Of a stretch of DNA of 64,000 bases, positions 50,025 through 63,105 are shown one piece after another. Under the pieces are notes generated by a model. It did no database searches. It was given only the letters and a program-made list of their open reading frames with translations, and was not told the DNA's origin. Each line of letters starts with the position of its first letter. Position 1 is the stretch's first letter. Both the position numbers and the translations under genes were made by a program. This stretch comes from Octopus sinensis (lineage: Eukaryota): positions 310,001-374,000 of the forward strand of contig NC_043023.1 in NCBI RefSeq assembly GCF_006345805.1, written 5' to 3'.

Positions 50025-50801
50025 TATATACGCGTGCATAAGTTGTGTGCGCAAAATATGTTGTGGCAATCCTGACAACAGCACAAGAGGTGTGCAAAAA
50101 TGACAAATATTTGAAAAGGTGCAGAAAAGATATCAACAACAATAACAACAACAACGATAATAACGAAAACCACCCCCAAAAAACATTAAAAAACATCATT
50201 GATAGCAGTAACAACAATAAATGATGATGCTGGTGGTTGTGGCAGTGGTGGTGATGAGAGTGATGGTGGGGTTCATGGTGGTAGTGGTTGTGATGATGAT
50301 GATGATGTGGAAGAATAGTGGTGATGTCCTGGTGAGGACAGTGGTGATGGTGAAGATGATAGTCGTGGTGGTGGTGGTGACGATGGGGATAATGGTGATG
50401 TGATGACGGTGGTTGTGGTGGTAGTGATGATGATGCTGACGATGAAGATTGCGGTGCCGGTTGCTGCTGCTGCTGATGATGATGGTAGTGGTAGTAGTAG
50501 TGGTGGTGTTGGTGGTGGTGGTGATGGTGGTGGTTTTAATCAACAGTGTATACAACATCTTCAACGCCAAATAACATAACACATTCCGAAAGATGACAAA
50601 TACACCAACAAGAACAACAACAACAACAACACAAACAACAACAGGGCCGCAATCTAACTGTAAATTGTACATTGTTTCACAGCAGATGTGGCGACGACGG
50701 CCATTACAACAACAACACATACATGAAACAGCAACAACAACAATAGCAGAAACATATTGACATTTCTAAGATTGATTACAAATAATAATAATAATAACAA
50801 C

Positions 50802-50839
<38 letters not shown>

Positions 50840-51009
50840 TTATGGTGATGATGATGAAAAATAATGTCAACTAACTGAAAATTAAATGTTTTTTTTTAAT
50901 TTTTAAAAATGCAAATGAAATAACAATTATGCGTGCCTGAATACATGTGCGTATAACACGCAGATGTACACACGTATATAAATATATCCATGTACGTGTA
51001 TGTGTTGTG

Positions 51010-51051
<42 letters not shown>

Positions 51052-51166
51052 TATATATATAATTATATATATATATATACATACATACACACACACACAC
51101 ACATATATATATACACGCAAACATTAATACATATATATATATATACCTATACATACACAGACAGTC

Positions 51167-51197
<31 letters not shown>

Positions 51198-51640
51198 CAC
51201 ACACGCAACAACGCACATATATATACACAACGCATATACATATATACATACACACACATATACATTTATATACACACACATACATTTATATACACACGCA
51301 CATATACATATATACATACACACAACATATATATATATATATATGCACACACTTATTGCAAGTTCACACACATATATATATATATACACGAAGTTCCCTA
51401 TAATCATTTGTATATTTAAACAGATCCATATAAACACCCTCCCCACACACACATCAACAACAATACCAAATATAACACCCTTCATTGACATTCCTAAGAT
51501 TTACATCAATAACAACAACAACAACAACGACTATTACAGCTACAAAGCAACTACAAAGGCCACACACACACACACAAACAGAAAAAAACCCCAAAAAACC
51601 TACTTCACCTAACAGAAAATTAAACATTGTTTAACAGGTG

Positions 51641-51683
<43 letters not shown>

Positions 51684-53145
51684 CGTGAACGCCATAACAG
51701 CATGAATGACATTCCGAAGATTACGAATACCGCAAGAAAGATAACAGAAACGAACAACAACAACAACACCAACACCAAAACCAACAACGAGAGAACGGTT
51801 ACGTCACTAAGGAGTTAATAGTGTTGAACAGGTGAAGGAGGTAAGCTAGCGGAATCGTTATGGCGCCGGACAAAGTGCTTAGCAACGGTTCTTCTGACTT
51901 AATATTCTGAGTTCAAATAGCACTGAGGTTGACTTTGACTTTTATGGGGTCGATAAAATAAAAAAGCAGTTGAACACTTTGGTCCATGTAATCAATTTAC
52001 CCTCTCACCCAAAATACGGAACCAATATTGATGAAGAGGTGATGAAGATGATGGTAGTGCTGATAATGGTTTCCTGACAGAAACGGACAACATCTAGGGC
52101 CAATCAAGGATCCTGACCCCCAAAGGTAACCTCCGTCTCCAACTGTCATTTTCTGAAATACATTGTATACTCAGAGCAATGCCGTCCATTACAGCTGTTT
52201 CTGCTACCTTTACTCACCTTTAAAAAAAGTCCACCCCAGCCCAATGCTCGCATTTCTTTCAAAATGGAAATTGTAAAATCGATTAGGATTTGACCAAAGA
52301 GGAAAACGAAAGTTCTTTATCATTCAAGTTTTTAGTCAATCCTGAATTTAACTAGTCATTAACGAGGGGTCAGGATGTGACAGACAGAAATCACATAAGC
52401 TATTCCATTACCAGGTCCGATGAGAGGTGCAGCCCCCAACGACCGGCATGAAAATGAATTAACAGCCAGAAAACGCAAGATTTTCATCAGCCAATTCCTT
52501 CATCAATCGTGTCACATTTAATCAATCATTATCGAGGGGTCGGGATGTGACAGAGGAAAGTCACATGACCTATTTATTAGTCAGAGCCCATGAGAGGTGT
52601 AGGGGACTTCATTCAAGGTTACAATCATCTCGAGTGGTCAGAGAAACTATTTCATCATTTTAGTCTCTTCCACAATCAGGTGGAGGAGAACTGCCTGCCC
52701 TTTCCGATTCTAACAGACACAAGACCACCAGAGCACAGAACCTCTCTCCCTGTAAGTAGAACTTAGGAAAGTTGGTGAGGATTGGCGCTGTTGTGTTGTT
52801 TCCAGTCCTGTAAAGTGGTTGGTGTTAGGGAGGACAACCAGCGATAAAAAAACATGGCACAGAAGACAACAGAGCCTGGTGCAGTCCTCTGGTTTGAGCG
52901 CTCCTGTATTTATTTTTATACCATCCACAATCATTGTCCACCATCAAATCTTTTGTCACCATTGTTATCAAACCGAGGATCTTAAAAAAATTGAGCGTTT
53001 GACTGAAGTGAAAATTTATGTTAACTCTGTTCAATCCTGTTTTAAATAGGGTACAAAAATTTAAGGACTGGAGACGCGACAACAACAACAGCCTATAATT
53101 AAACGTACGTGGTCATTAGCCCAGTGCTGGACGGAGAGTCTACGT

Positions 53146-53403
53146 CAGGCCTGGTCAACTCGAATTACATTGCGGACCTAAAGTTTTTTGAGGGCCGCTT
53201 GTATACTGACAGAATTGAAAGCATTTTGCTGTTTTGGCTGTGTGGTAAGTAGCTTGCTTACCAACCACATGGTTCCGGGTTCAGTCCCACTGCGTGGCAC
53301 CTTGGACAAGTGTCTTCTACTATAGCCTTGGGGCAACCAAAGCCTTGTGAGTGGATTTGGTAGACAGAAACTGAAAGAAGCCCGTCGTATATATATATAT
53401 ATT

Positions 53404-53454
<51 letters not shown>

Positions 53455-53868
53455 GTGTGGTGTGTGTTGTGTGTGTGTGTGTGTATGTTTGTGTGTCTGT
53501 GTTTGTCCCCCCAACATCGCTTGACAACCGATGCTGGTGTGTTTAAATCCCCGTAACTTAGCGGGTCGGCAAAAGAGACCGATAGAATAAGTCCTAGGCA
53601 TATAAAGAATAAGTCCTGGGGTCGGTTTGCTCGACTAAAAGGCGGTGCTTCAGCATGGCCGCAGCCAAATGACTGAAACAAGTTAAAGAGAGATCGTTGG
53701 TTCAACATGAGAAAACAGTAGCATCTTGCATTTTTACTTTTCATTACAATCTTTAATTTTTGATAAAAATTTTTAAATGTTTGTTTAAATAAACCCATTT
53801 CAAGAATGTATCAAGCGGGCTGTATGCAGGCCGGATGCGGCCCGCGGGTCTCAGGTTGGCTAGCTCTG
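53146..53868. mobile_element. hAT MITE with perfect 8-bp TSD and nested SINE
   Basis: GTCTACGT|CAGGCCTGGTCAAC ... GTTGGCTAGCTCTG|GTCTACGT, with a GC-rich subterminal GCGGCCCGCGGG. Confidence 0.9.
53235..53688 (+). mobile_element. Family A SINE nested in the hAT MITE
   Basis: Near-full-length match to 669-1120. Confidence 0.9.
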
Positions 53869-53974
53869 GTCTACGTTTTTACTGGAATTGCTAGAAACAC
53901 CAGCCAAATCGTCCTCAAATCACACAAGATGAAGAGCAGCTGAAAAGTTGACAGGCTGACCAAGATACTCTCAT

Positions 53975-55858
53975 AGAATGTGACCAAAAGAGGTTTATTT
54001 TTCAACACATTAGTGCTGCAATGCTTAAATCCCATTGGGGGAAAAGCTCTCATTTCTCTCGTTCAACAAACGTCTTCAACGTCAGATATGACGTCATCAT
54101 CACTGCAATACTGGTTCCCAGCCAAGTGTGTTTTCATGTTGGGGAACAGATGATAGTCCTATGGGGCCAAACCACGAGAAGAGGGAGGATAATCAACCAC
54201 AGTCATGCTCAGCAGCCAGTGAAACCAGGGACTTGTGTGCTGGGGCATTGTCTTCATGAAACAAGACCCCTTTCATCAGTTTTTCTAGGCATTTGATTTT
54301 AACAGTCTTTTGTAACTGCTTCAGCAGAACGTGACCAAATGAGGTTTATTTTCAACATCGTCCCCCCTTGCAGTCGACACACTCCGTCCATTGGTGTTGC
54401 AATGCTTGGATCCCATTGGTGAAGAGACTTTCATCCTGTTGCTCAAAAAAGTCAACAGTAGGCGTAGGAGTGTCTGTGTGGTATGTAGCTTGTTTACGAA
54501 CTACATGGTTCCGGGTTCAGTCCCACTACGTGGCACCTTGGGCAAGTGTCTTCTACTATAGCCTCGGGCTGACTAAAGCCGTGTGAATGGATTTGGTAGA
54601 CGGGAACTGAAAGAAGCCCGTCGTATATATGGAGGTATATATATATGTGTGTATGTGTGTGTGTGTGTGTGTATATGTTTGTGTGTTCGTGTTTGCCCCC
54701 CCCCCCTCCAACATCGCTTGACAACCGATGCTGGTGTGTTTACGTCCTCGTAACTTAGCGGTTCGGCAAAAGAGATCGAAAGAATAAGCACTAGGCTTAC
54801 AAAGAATAAGTCCTGGGGTTGATGTGCTCAACTAAAGGCGGTGCTCCAGCATGGCCACAGTCAAATGACTGAAACAAGTAAAAGAGTAAGAGTAGATATA
54901 ACGTCATCATCACTGCGATATTGGTTCCCAGCCAAGTGTTTTGTTACGCTGGAGAAGAGATGGGGCCAAATCAGGAGAATAAGGAGGAGGATCAACCAGT
55001 TCAAAGCCACAGCCACACACGTATTCTCTCGGTTTCTTTTGACGAACAGTCACGATACGAGGACGTAGACGAACCTACACCGGCTGCCAAGTGGTCGTGG
55101 GAGACAAGGACGAACACAAAGACACACAACACACACACACGCACACAATGAATAGACATGCAAAGCTCACTTCCGCTTTTTACAGCAATGCTTGAAAGGA
55201 AGGTGTGTAACGTGTGATCGTCGTATTGGCCATGATAGAGAAAGTTGAGCTGAAAATCTGCATCAAATTTTACCAAAAGCTTGGTGATACCTACTCGACA
55301 CAATTAAGGAGATCTTGTGAAATGGAAACCCGAGTGTCCTTTTGGTCAACTGAAAGCAGTTTTGGCACAAACTTGGCAGAGATGCGTCTCATACCCAAAT
55401 CTTCAGTGATAATCGACTGAACTGCACATCCTCTGATAGCTCACAGATGGTGATTTGACGATTTCCCATCACAGATGCACGCACATCTGCGATGTTTTAC
55501 TCAGTTCTGCTGGTTGCGGGTCTCCCAGAACATTCGTCAATATCGACACTTTTTCGTCCATCTTGGAAACGTCTGAACAACTTGCACACTTGGGCGCAGA
55601 TCATACACTCCTCTCCATACACTTTCGGCAAGTTTGCGTGGGCCTCTGAGCAGATATTGCCCTGACAGCTTTCTTTGTCATGGCCAATGCGACGATCACA
55701 CGCTACACACCTTCCTTCGAAGCACTGCTGTAAACAGCGAAGTGAGCTAGAACATTAAAACTTAGTGCGCATGTTCAAGGTCAACCTTGCCAGCGGCTCC
55801 ACTTTGCGTTTTAGCTCGTTACTATGGCAACAGTCCGGGTACTTATTGATCAGACAGC

Positions 55859-55859
<1 letters not shown>
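53975..55859 (-). mobile_element. Fragmented mariner transposon(s)
   Basis: TIR-like end at 55830-55859 plus TA. N-terminus GRKSVDIDECSGRPATSRTE...EDLGMRRISAKFVPKLL (55300-55700), GFELVDPPPYSPDLAPS (about 54950-55010), GVLFHEDNAPAHKS (about 54230-54280), C-terminal FTNGIQALQHQWTECVDCKG (54350-54440). An inverted plus-strand N-terminal piece lies at 55150-55290. Confidence 0.85.
54459..54892 (+). mobile_element. Family A SINE inserted in the mariner remnant
   Basis: Full-length match to 669-1120. Confidence 0.9.
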
Positions 55860-55884
<25 letters not shown>

Positions 55885-55901
<17 letters not shown>

Positions 55902-56282
55902 CTGAAGTTTGTCTGTGTGTGTGTGTGAGTACGTATGGCAGGTTTGGTAGCCTTCAACTAACAACTATCTCCTCCAAGATGACCCAAATTGAGAGTATGA
56001 TAGAAGAAGGCTTGCTCTTCTTTCTGTAGAAGAAAAAATTGAAATCGGACCATGTTAACACCAAAAATTATTTATATCAAAAAGGTGCTTTTTTTTCTAT
56101 GAAAATTCTATTTTTTCCGATTTTTTGACTGCTGTGTGGCCATTTTTTAGTGTATTTCACCAGAAAAATGTTCACATGTCCATTTAAAGGAATAAGAGCA
56201 CATAATGCAAAATTTTACTTTTCAAAATGTCCTATTCTAAAGGGTCGAAACAAACCCGAGCAACGCCGGGCGATACTGCTAG
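55885..56282 (+). mobile_element. Non-autonomous Helitron
   Basis: 3' GC hairpin CCCGAGCAACGCCGGG (56255-56270) lies 8 nt before terminal CTAG|T (56279-56283). The 5' end TATATATAAAGCTGAAG merges into (TA)n. Confidence 0.75.
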
Positions 56283-56476
56283 TCTATATATATATATATA
56301 TAATATATATATTCATTAGATAAGAATGCCTCTAATGATTCACTTTAGGCACACATGCATGAAGAATAATAATACGTGTGCATATGTATATGTGTAGTCG
56401 TACACACACACACACATTTTAAGGCACAGATATGTAAAACTGTGTGAGTTTCGCTGTATGTAAATTAGTAAAGACT

Positions 56477-56522
<46 letters not shown>

Positions 56523-57085
56523 TGTCTATGAAAATGTAAACGCTGTTTATTTACACACGTGCCGAACAGCGATATTGCTTTCACAGTCAACAAACACTAA
56601 TAATGATTAATGCAATAATTAACAACAACAACGATAATATTAAGATGAATAATAATAATAATAATAACAATAATAATAGTAATAATAATAATAGTGATGA
56701 TTGATAATAATAATAATCATGATGATTATGATAATAATCGTTTCTTTAATAATATTTTTAATTAGTGATAATATAAATGATAAAATAGAAATAAATAATA
56801 ATAATAATAATAATAATAACGGTTAAAATAATTTAATTAAATGTTTGTGTATGTATGGGTTTTATGCGTGAGCGAATGTGTGTGTGTGTGTGTGTAAGAG
56901 AGAGTAATACTCAGTGATGCTGGTGTTGGGGCGGTGGTGATGGTGGTTTGTGTTGATGGTGACAGTGATGGTGGTGGGAGGTGGTAGAAGGGATAGTGGT
57001 GGTGGTGTTGTTATTGGTGATGGCCATGGTAATGTTAGTGCAATTGTAGTATTGACTGTAGTATTATTATTATTATTATTATTAT

Positions 57086-57125
<40 letters not shown>

Positions 57126-57147
57126 GGTAGTAGTAGTAGTAGTGGTG

Positions 57148-57188
<41 letters not shown>

Positions 57189-57257
57189 CGCAGCTATAAT
57201 GATACGCTATGATGTAAAATTTATTGATCACTATCAATATCATTAATAATAGTTTAA

Positions 57258-57670
57258 AATTTTAGCACAAGGCCAGCAAGTTAGGGGGACCCCCCCCCAA
57301 TGTTCAGCTGGTACTTAATTTATCGACCCCGAAAAGATGAAAGATAAAGTCGACCGCGGCGGAATTTGAACTCAAAACGTAAAGACGGACGAAATGCCGC
57401 TAGACATTTTGTCCGGCATGCCAACGATTCTACCAGTTCCCTACCTAAATGATAATAATAATCCTTTCTACTATAGATACAAGGGCTGGAATTTGGTGGG
57501 AGGGGACGAGTCGATTACATCGACCCCAGTGTTTCACTGCTGCTTAATTTGTCGATCCCGAAAGGATGAAAGGCAAAGTCGACCTCGCTGGAATTTGATC
57601 TCAGAACATAATGGCAGACGAAGTATGGCGAAGCATTTCGCCCGTTGTGGTAACGGTTCTGTCAGCTCAC
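57258..57670 (-). mobile_element. Two head-to-tail family B SINEs
   Basis: Reverse-complement matches, flanked by (TAA)n. Confidence 0.85.
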
Positions 57671-57999
57671 CATTTTCTTAATAATAATAATAATAATAAT
57701 AATTTCATTAACTAACGGGGCATTAATGAAGAGGATATCTCGAAGACAGACAACGATTTGTGTGAGGAGAAAGAAATGGAAAAGATGATGAAATGCGATA
57801 AAAGGCTACATTGTACAAAAAGTAGGTTAATGAATGGTGTAGTCCTCCCTGATGTAGGACAAACTCCAACAAGGGCTAATCAAGAAACCCCACAGACCCA
57901 GGATTAACCTGACCACCAAAGGTACGAGCCCTCTCTCTTGCTCTCCAATCTACAGGCACATACTTAAGGGTAGGGCCATTCACTCTGACCATTTTTGCT

Positions 58000-58430
58000 A
58001 CATGTTGAGAATGGTGATAAAACTAGTCATAATAATGTTCGTCCTTTGTAGTTGGACAATGACCAGGACATCACATGGAAAAAGATGGATCATGTGTGTG
58101 TCCAGCTGTGGCCAATCAGTCCACTGCATGCTCGGAAGGCTATGCTGCAAGTCAGCACTAGTGGTCTGCTGGGAAATGAAGTCAAAGAGTTGGCTCTGGA
58201 CAAGCACAGTCACGTTGTTCTGGTGCTCCTCTGATCCTATTCTGTTTTGTAGGGGGGAACTTCTGTTGGTGCAGCTATAACCAGGCAGAGCCATCCTGTG
58301 CTTGCATTTCCCAGCTGTTGAGGTTTATCTGTAAAAGCTCTTCAGTGAGGCTTTGAGTGTGTCTTTGAAACACTTTTTCTGCCCACCTTGTGTGCGCTTG
58401 GCTTCTGCCAATTAACTGTAAAACAGGCTT
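58000..58430 (-). mobile_element. RTE/BovB-like LINE 3' fragment
   Basis: Minus strand LFYS*LAEAKRTQGGQKKCFKDTLKASLK and a degenerate terminal zinc finger LTCSIAFRACSGLIGHSWTH. Confidence 0.8.
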
Positions 58431-58464
58431 TTGTTTAATAATAATGATAATAATAATAATAATA

Positions 58465-58750
58465 GCTTCAAATTTTGCCTCAAGCGCAATAATTTTGGGG
58501 AGGGGTGAGTCTATTACATCGACTTCAGCGAAATTTGAACTCAGAATGTAGCGACGGGCGAAATACCTATTTCTTTACTACCCACAAGGCTAAACACAGA
58601 GAGAACAAACAAGGACAGACAAACGGATTAAGTCGATTATATCGACTCCAGTGCGTAACTGGTACTTAAATAATCGACCCCGAAAGGATGAAAGTCGATC
58701 TCGGCAGAATTTGAACTCAGAACGTAGCGGCAGACGATATATCGCTGAGC
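58465..58750 (-). mobile_element. Family B SINE (with an additional fragment)
   Basis: Reverse-complement match. Confidence 0.8.
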
Positions 58751-59255
58751 ACCAAAACCCTAACCACCAGTACAGCTACCTCTAACACCATAACCACTAA
58801 TCTACTAGCACCAACACCATAGCTATCACTACCACTAATCAATTACCACCACCACTACTACCACATGCAAGACATTTCATTGTCGACGTCACGATCTGTG
58901 TGAGATGTGGGAAGTGGTGGGGTGGGGGTCGATGTAAACGGTTTTTAAAAAAAAGAAAATGTAAGAAAAAGTGTAAGAGGTGTGGGGGGAAGGATGGGGG
59001 AGAGGTCTTATATAAAGAAAAAAGGGGACTTATCGATGTAGGGGTGGGGAGGGGACGTTGAGGATGTTGGAGGAGTGTGTGTGTGTCTGGAGGGGTGGGG
59101 TGATGGCAGACGCGCGTGCGTTCGAACTGAGACGTGAAGGGGGTGGTGGCTTGATTGGAGGGTGTGGTGTTTGTGTGTGAAGGGAAGCGAGGAGCTGAAA
59201 TGTCTACAAGCGGTCGGTGCGTGTAGATATGGTGTAAGGCAATTATAGGACGCAA

Positions 59256-59293
<38 letters not shown>

Positions 59294-59647
59294 CACACAC
59301 ACACACTCGCATGTAGATATACACACACATACACACGCACAGGGAAACAAAGGTTGCGAGAAAGTGGGGTCATGCACACGCATATGCATATACATACACA
59401 CACACAACATACGCACATATATATACTTACATTGTACAAACATATATATACATACATTGTGTGTGTATGTATACATATATATAACATATACAAACTCACA
59501 CAAGAAAGCATATCTTCATGCGTGTATATATATATATATATAAATACTCAAAGTTACTAGTAGATATACACATCCATATACGCATACATACGCACGCGCG
59601 CAGACAGAACCACCGACGACCATACACATGCAAAGAAGATATATGAC

Positions 59648-59707
<60 letters not shown>

Positions 59708-60239
59708 TACAGGTGAAAATGCATACATACATTATATACATACATATATGTAAACACACAGATGCACACATTTTACGCACGCAGACACACCTTTATATAT
59801 ATATAAATATATACAGGTATATATTTATGTAAAAGACATTACACGCGTTTATGAGAAGAAAATGTAGATTTTCTGTATATAAACAAACTCACATGTGAGT
59901 ATAAACATTCACACATATTTCGACACACTTCGATGCCATATAGCAAAGATGCATATACATACATACACACACAGTAACATAGCTGGTATATATACATACA
60001 CACACACTCACGTACACTCACACACACGGTGACATATATACGGCAAACTCTAAAATATTCACACTTGAGGCGCTTGACGAAAAAAAGAGTTTTCAATTGC
60101 ATGGTGAGAAAGATATTTTATTTAGATCACGTAAGCGATAATTCTCCTATCGAACGATTGAACTGCTGCTGCTTCTGCTACTACTGCTGATTTTTATTGG
60201 CTACAAAGGCCCAAAACATGGAGAATAATAACAATAATA

Positions 60240-60460
60240 ATAATCCTTTCTACTGTAGGCACAAGGCCTGAAATTTTGTGGGGTGGGGAGCATAGTCGAT
60301 AACATCGACCCCAGTACTCAACTGGTATTTATTTCATCAACCCCCGAAGGATGAAAGGTAAAGTCGACCTCAACGGAATTTGAACACAGAACGTGAAGAC
60401 GGACAAAAACCGCCAAGCATTTTGTCCGGCGTGCTAATGATTCTGTCAGCTCGATGCCTT
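60240..60460 (-). mobile_element. Family B SINE
   Basis: Reverse-complement match, with an (AAT)n tail. Confidence 0.85.
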
Positions 60461-60879
60461 AATAATGATTTCAATGTTTGACACAAGGTCAGCAATTTTG
60501 AGGGACAGAGTAAGCTGATCACTTTGACCCCTGGATGTAGTACTAGCAAGTGGCTCCCGTGGCTTCTGATCTTAACCAATTGGAAGTCTTAGTATAAAAG
60601 ATGAGCTTTACAGCAAATACCCTGCTCCATACCTCCGATTTGCTTGTCAGTTGTTTGACCTTAACCAATTGCTGGCTGACGATATGTGCATCTCTAATCA
60701 CCAGCAGAAATAGTGGGGGAGCATCATAGCCATGTGTTGATAGGAATTCTTTGGGGTTTGAAAAAGTCACCCTAGAAACATGGGTGTTTGTTCAACATCT
60801 TGAAACAATCCTTATTCAGGAACCTTTTGAGCACGATGGGCTACTCTGCCTGAAGAAAATACACACACACACACACGTC

Positions 60880-61395
60880 TTGCAAACAACTTGCACATGC
60901 AAGTGCTACCAGTCAAAAGCTCCGCATACCGGAAGCCAGCAAGTGTATGGGGTCATCAGAAGAGAATGCGCGCTGTTTCGGGGCCTACCTCACGATGGCA
61001 TCAATGCGCACCGGCCCTCCTCACTGATATGAGGCCCCGCTTGCTAGATCAGCTGGTTATGAAGAACTCAATATCCTTCTAGCCATCGCTCATCGTCTCT
61101 TTTTAACCAAATCCAGTGGCTAGCCTTCTCCACTGTAGATTGGATATTAGTCATGGTGGTATTGACTTTACGATGAGTTAGGCCTAACGATAACAACAGT
61201 CGTCTCACGCTGTGTCCAACAAACCCTCTACATCCAATTTCGATTGGAAAATGCTCCGCTTTTCAGCCTGCGTCTCCACTTTCTTCGAGGAGGTTTACAT
61301 AACGGTCAATGTTTCGAACCCGAGCGGCGTCCATATTATCTTCATGAGGAACCGTTAACTCGACTAGATTTACAACTTCCCTTCTTTCACACCAC
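60880..61395 (-). mobile_element. HERO-like (R2 superfamily, restriction-like endonuclease) retrotransposon 3' fragment
   Basis: Minus strand LWCERREVVNLVELTVPHEDNMDAA..., frameshift, PIEIGCRGFVGHSVRRLL...VEKASHWIWLKRDDERW*. These match the ELTVP, PIEVGCRGF and SxWxWLKR motifs. Stop at 61068-61070. Confidence 0.85.
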
Positions 61396-61934
61396 AAAGT
61401 TTATATATATTTGTTAAATACATATACTAATGTAAATATGCTTTGTGTATTTTCCGGTGACTGCGATGGCGTAGCGGAGTATATAACTCTTATGTCGCAG
61501 GTGTTAAAACACGTTAGAGCTGTGTACAGGCGAGATAACTCACCCTCAATCCCATTTGAGAGTGAGGGACATCGCTGTTTCGTAATTTCAGTGGTTTATG
61601 AACGTCACCTCCCTGGCTGGGTTGGAGGCGAGTCAGCTAGCCAGTCCAACGATCTATATGGTCATCGCTTGTAAAATCAGGAGCTGGGATGCCCGGAAAA
61701 TTTACATCCGAAGTAAAGAGTAGCTCTAGTGTAATAAATATTGTTAAATACGAATACTAATGTATATGATTTGCGTATTCTCTGGTGGTTGCAACGGCGT
61801 AGCCATGAGCATAGAAGTCGTTAGTTTAAACATCGGCGACTTGAGGGTTATATACTCCGCTACACCGTTGCAGCCACACAGGAAAATACACAAAGCATAG
61901 ACATTAGTATATTAACAAATATTTATTATACTTG
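61396..61934. mobile_element. Foldback MITE with approximately 105-bp TIRs and an extra internal partial TIR
   Basis: Arm A (61396-61500) is inverted at 61824-61934. A third partial direct copy lies at 61727-61803. Confidence 0.75.
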
Positions 61935-61974
61935 ACCTAATTTTACTTCATATATATATAACACCACACACATA

Positions 61975-62105
61975 CTTGCTTACCAACCACATGGTTCCAG
62001 GTTCAGTCCCACTGCGTGGCATCTTGGGCAAGTGTCTTCTATTATAGCCTCGGTCCGACCAAAGACTTGATTGGATCTGGTAGACGGAAACTGAAGGAAG
62101 CCCGT
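61975..62105 (+). mobile_element. Family A SINE head
   Basis: GGTTCAGTCCCACTGCGTGGCATCTTGGGCAAGTG. Confidence 0.8.
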
Positions 62106-62114
62106 GTGTGTGTA

Positions 62115-62159
<45 letters not shown>

Positions 62160-62428
62160 TATATATATATATCTATATATATATATATATATATATGTAC
62201 ATATATATATGTACATAATATATGTACATTATAATATATATAATAATATACATATATATATATATTGTGTCTGGGGAGAGTCATTCTCTTTTAGTGCCTT
62301 ATTACTTAACACATTCACCGGTTCGATTTCCACTCATTCATGTTTTCTAAAATTTTCGTTGCATCTTGTAACCTTGTCATTAGTTATTGACTGTTCGTTA
62401 TCAGAGCTCCAAATACAATATATTATTT

Positions 62429-62474
<46 letters not shown>

Positions 62475-62934
62475 GTGTGTGCTTGTGTGCATCTGTGCGT
62501 GTGTGTGTGTGTATATATATATATAATTTTTATATATAGAGATATGTTTGTGCGTGCGTCACTGTGTTTGTATGATTCATCCTGTCTAGGTTTCTAATCG
62601 GAGGACACACCTTCATGACCCCAGTGTCTGACACGCTAACTTGGGTCATGAACGCGGTGCTCTTTTCTCAGATTCGGCGATTAAGACTGACAAATTCCAG
62701 ATCCCCCAAACCCGGTGTTGCTTGGCTGGAGATAACATCTAACAGACACCAAAGAATGCCGTCTTATACAGGCAGAAGGAGGGAGGAGTTCGATTAAAAT
62801 CTACCCTAGTTCGTTACTGGCACTATAGTATTGTATCATGTTGACCCCAGAGGGACAAAGACAAGTTGGCGCAGGCGTGGTTTGAACTCAGAGCACAAGT
62901 AGTGCGAACTAATGCGGCAAAATAAACTGACAAA

Positions 62935-63105
62935 TTACTCTGTCGGTTACGACGACGAGGGTTCTATTTAATCCAGTTACTGGAGCACCCTGTTCATGAA
63001 AGTTCTTAGCTTAGTTCTTAGGGAGATTCAGCATGACACAAAGTATTAAGGGTGGCCCTTTGAAATACAGGTACTACTCATTTTTGGCAGCTGAGTGAGT
63101 GGACT
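62935..63105 (-). mobile_element. Family C-type SINE 3' fragment
   Basis: GGCCCTTTGAAATACAGGTACTACTCATTTTTGGCAGCTGAGTG matches the reverse complement of the 23100-23340 module. Confidence 0.75.

Noticed and set aside
62612-62652. TTCATGACCC/GGGTCATGAA stem-loop
   Set aside because: Only about 41 nt with a 10-13-bp stem; too short for a pre-miRNA and no other support.
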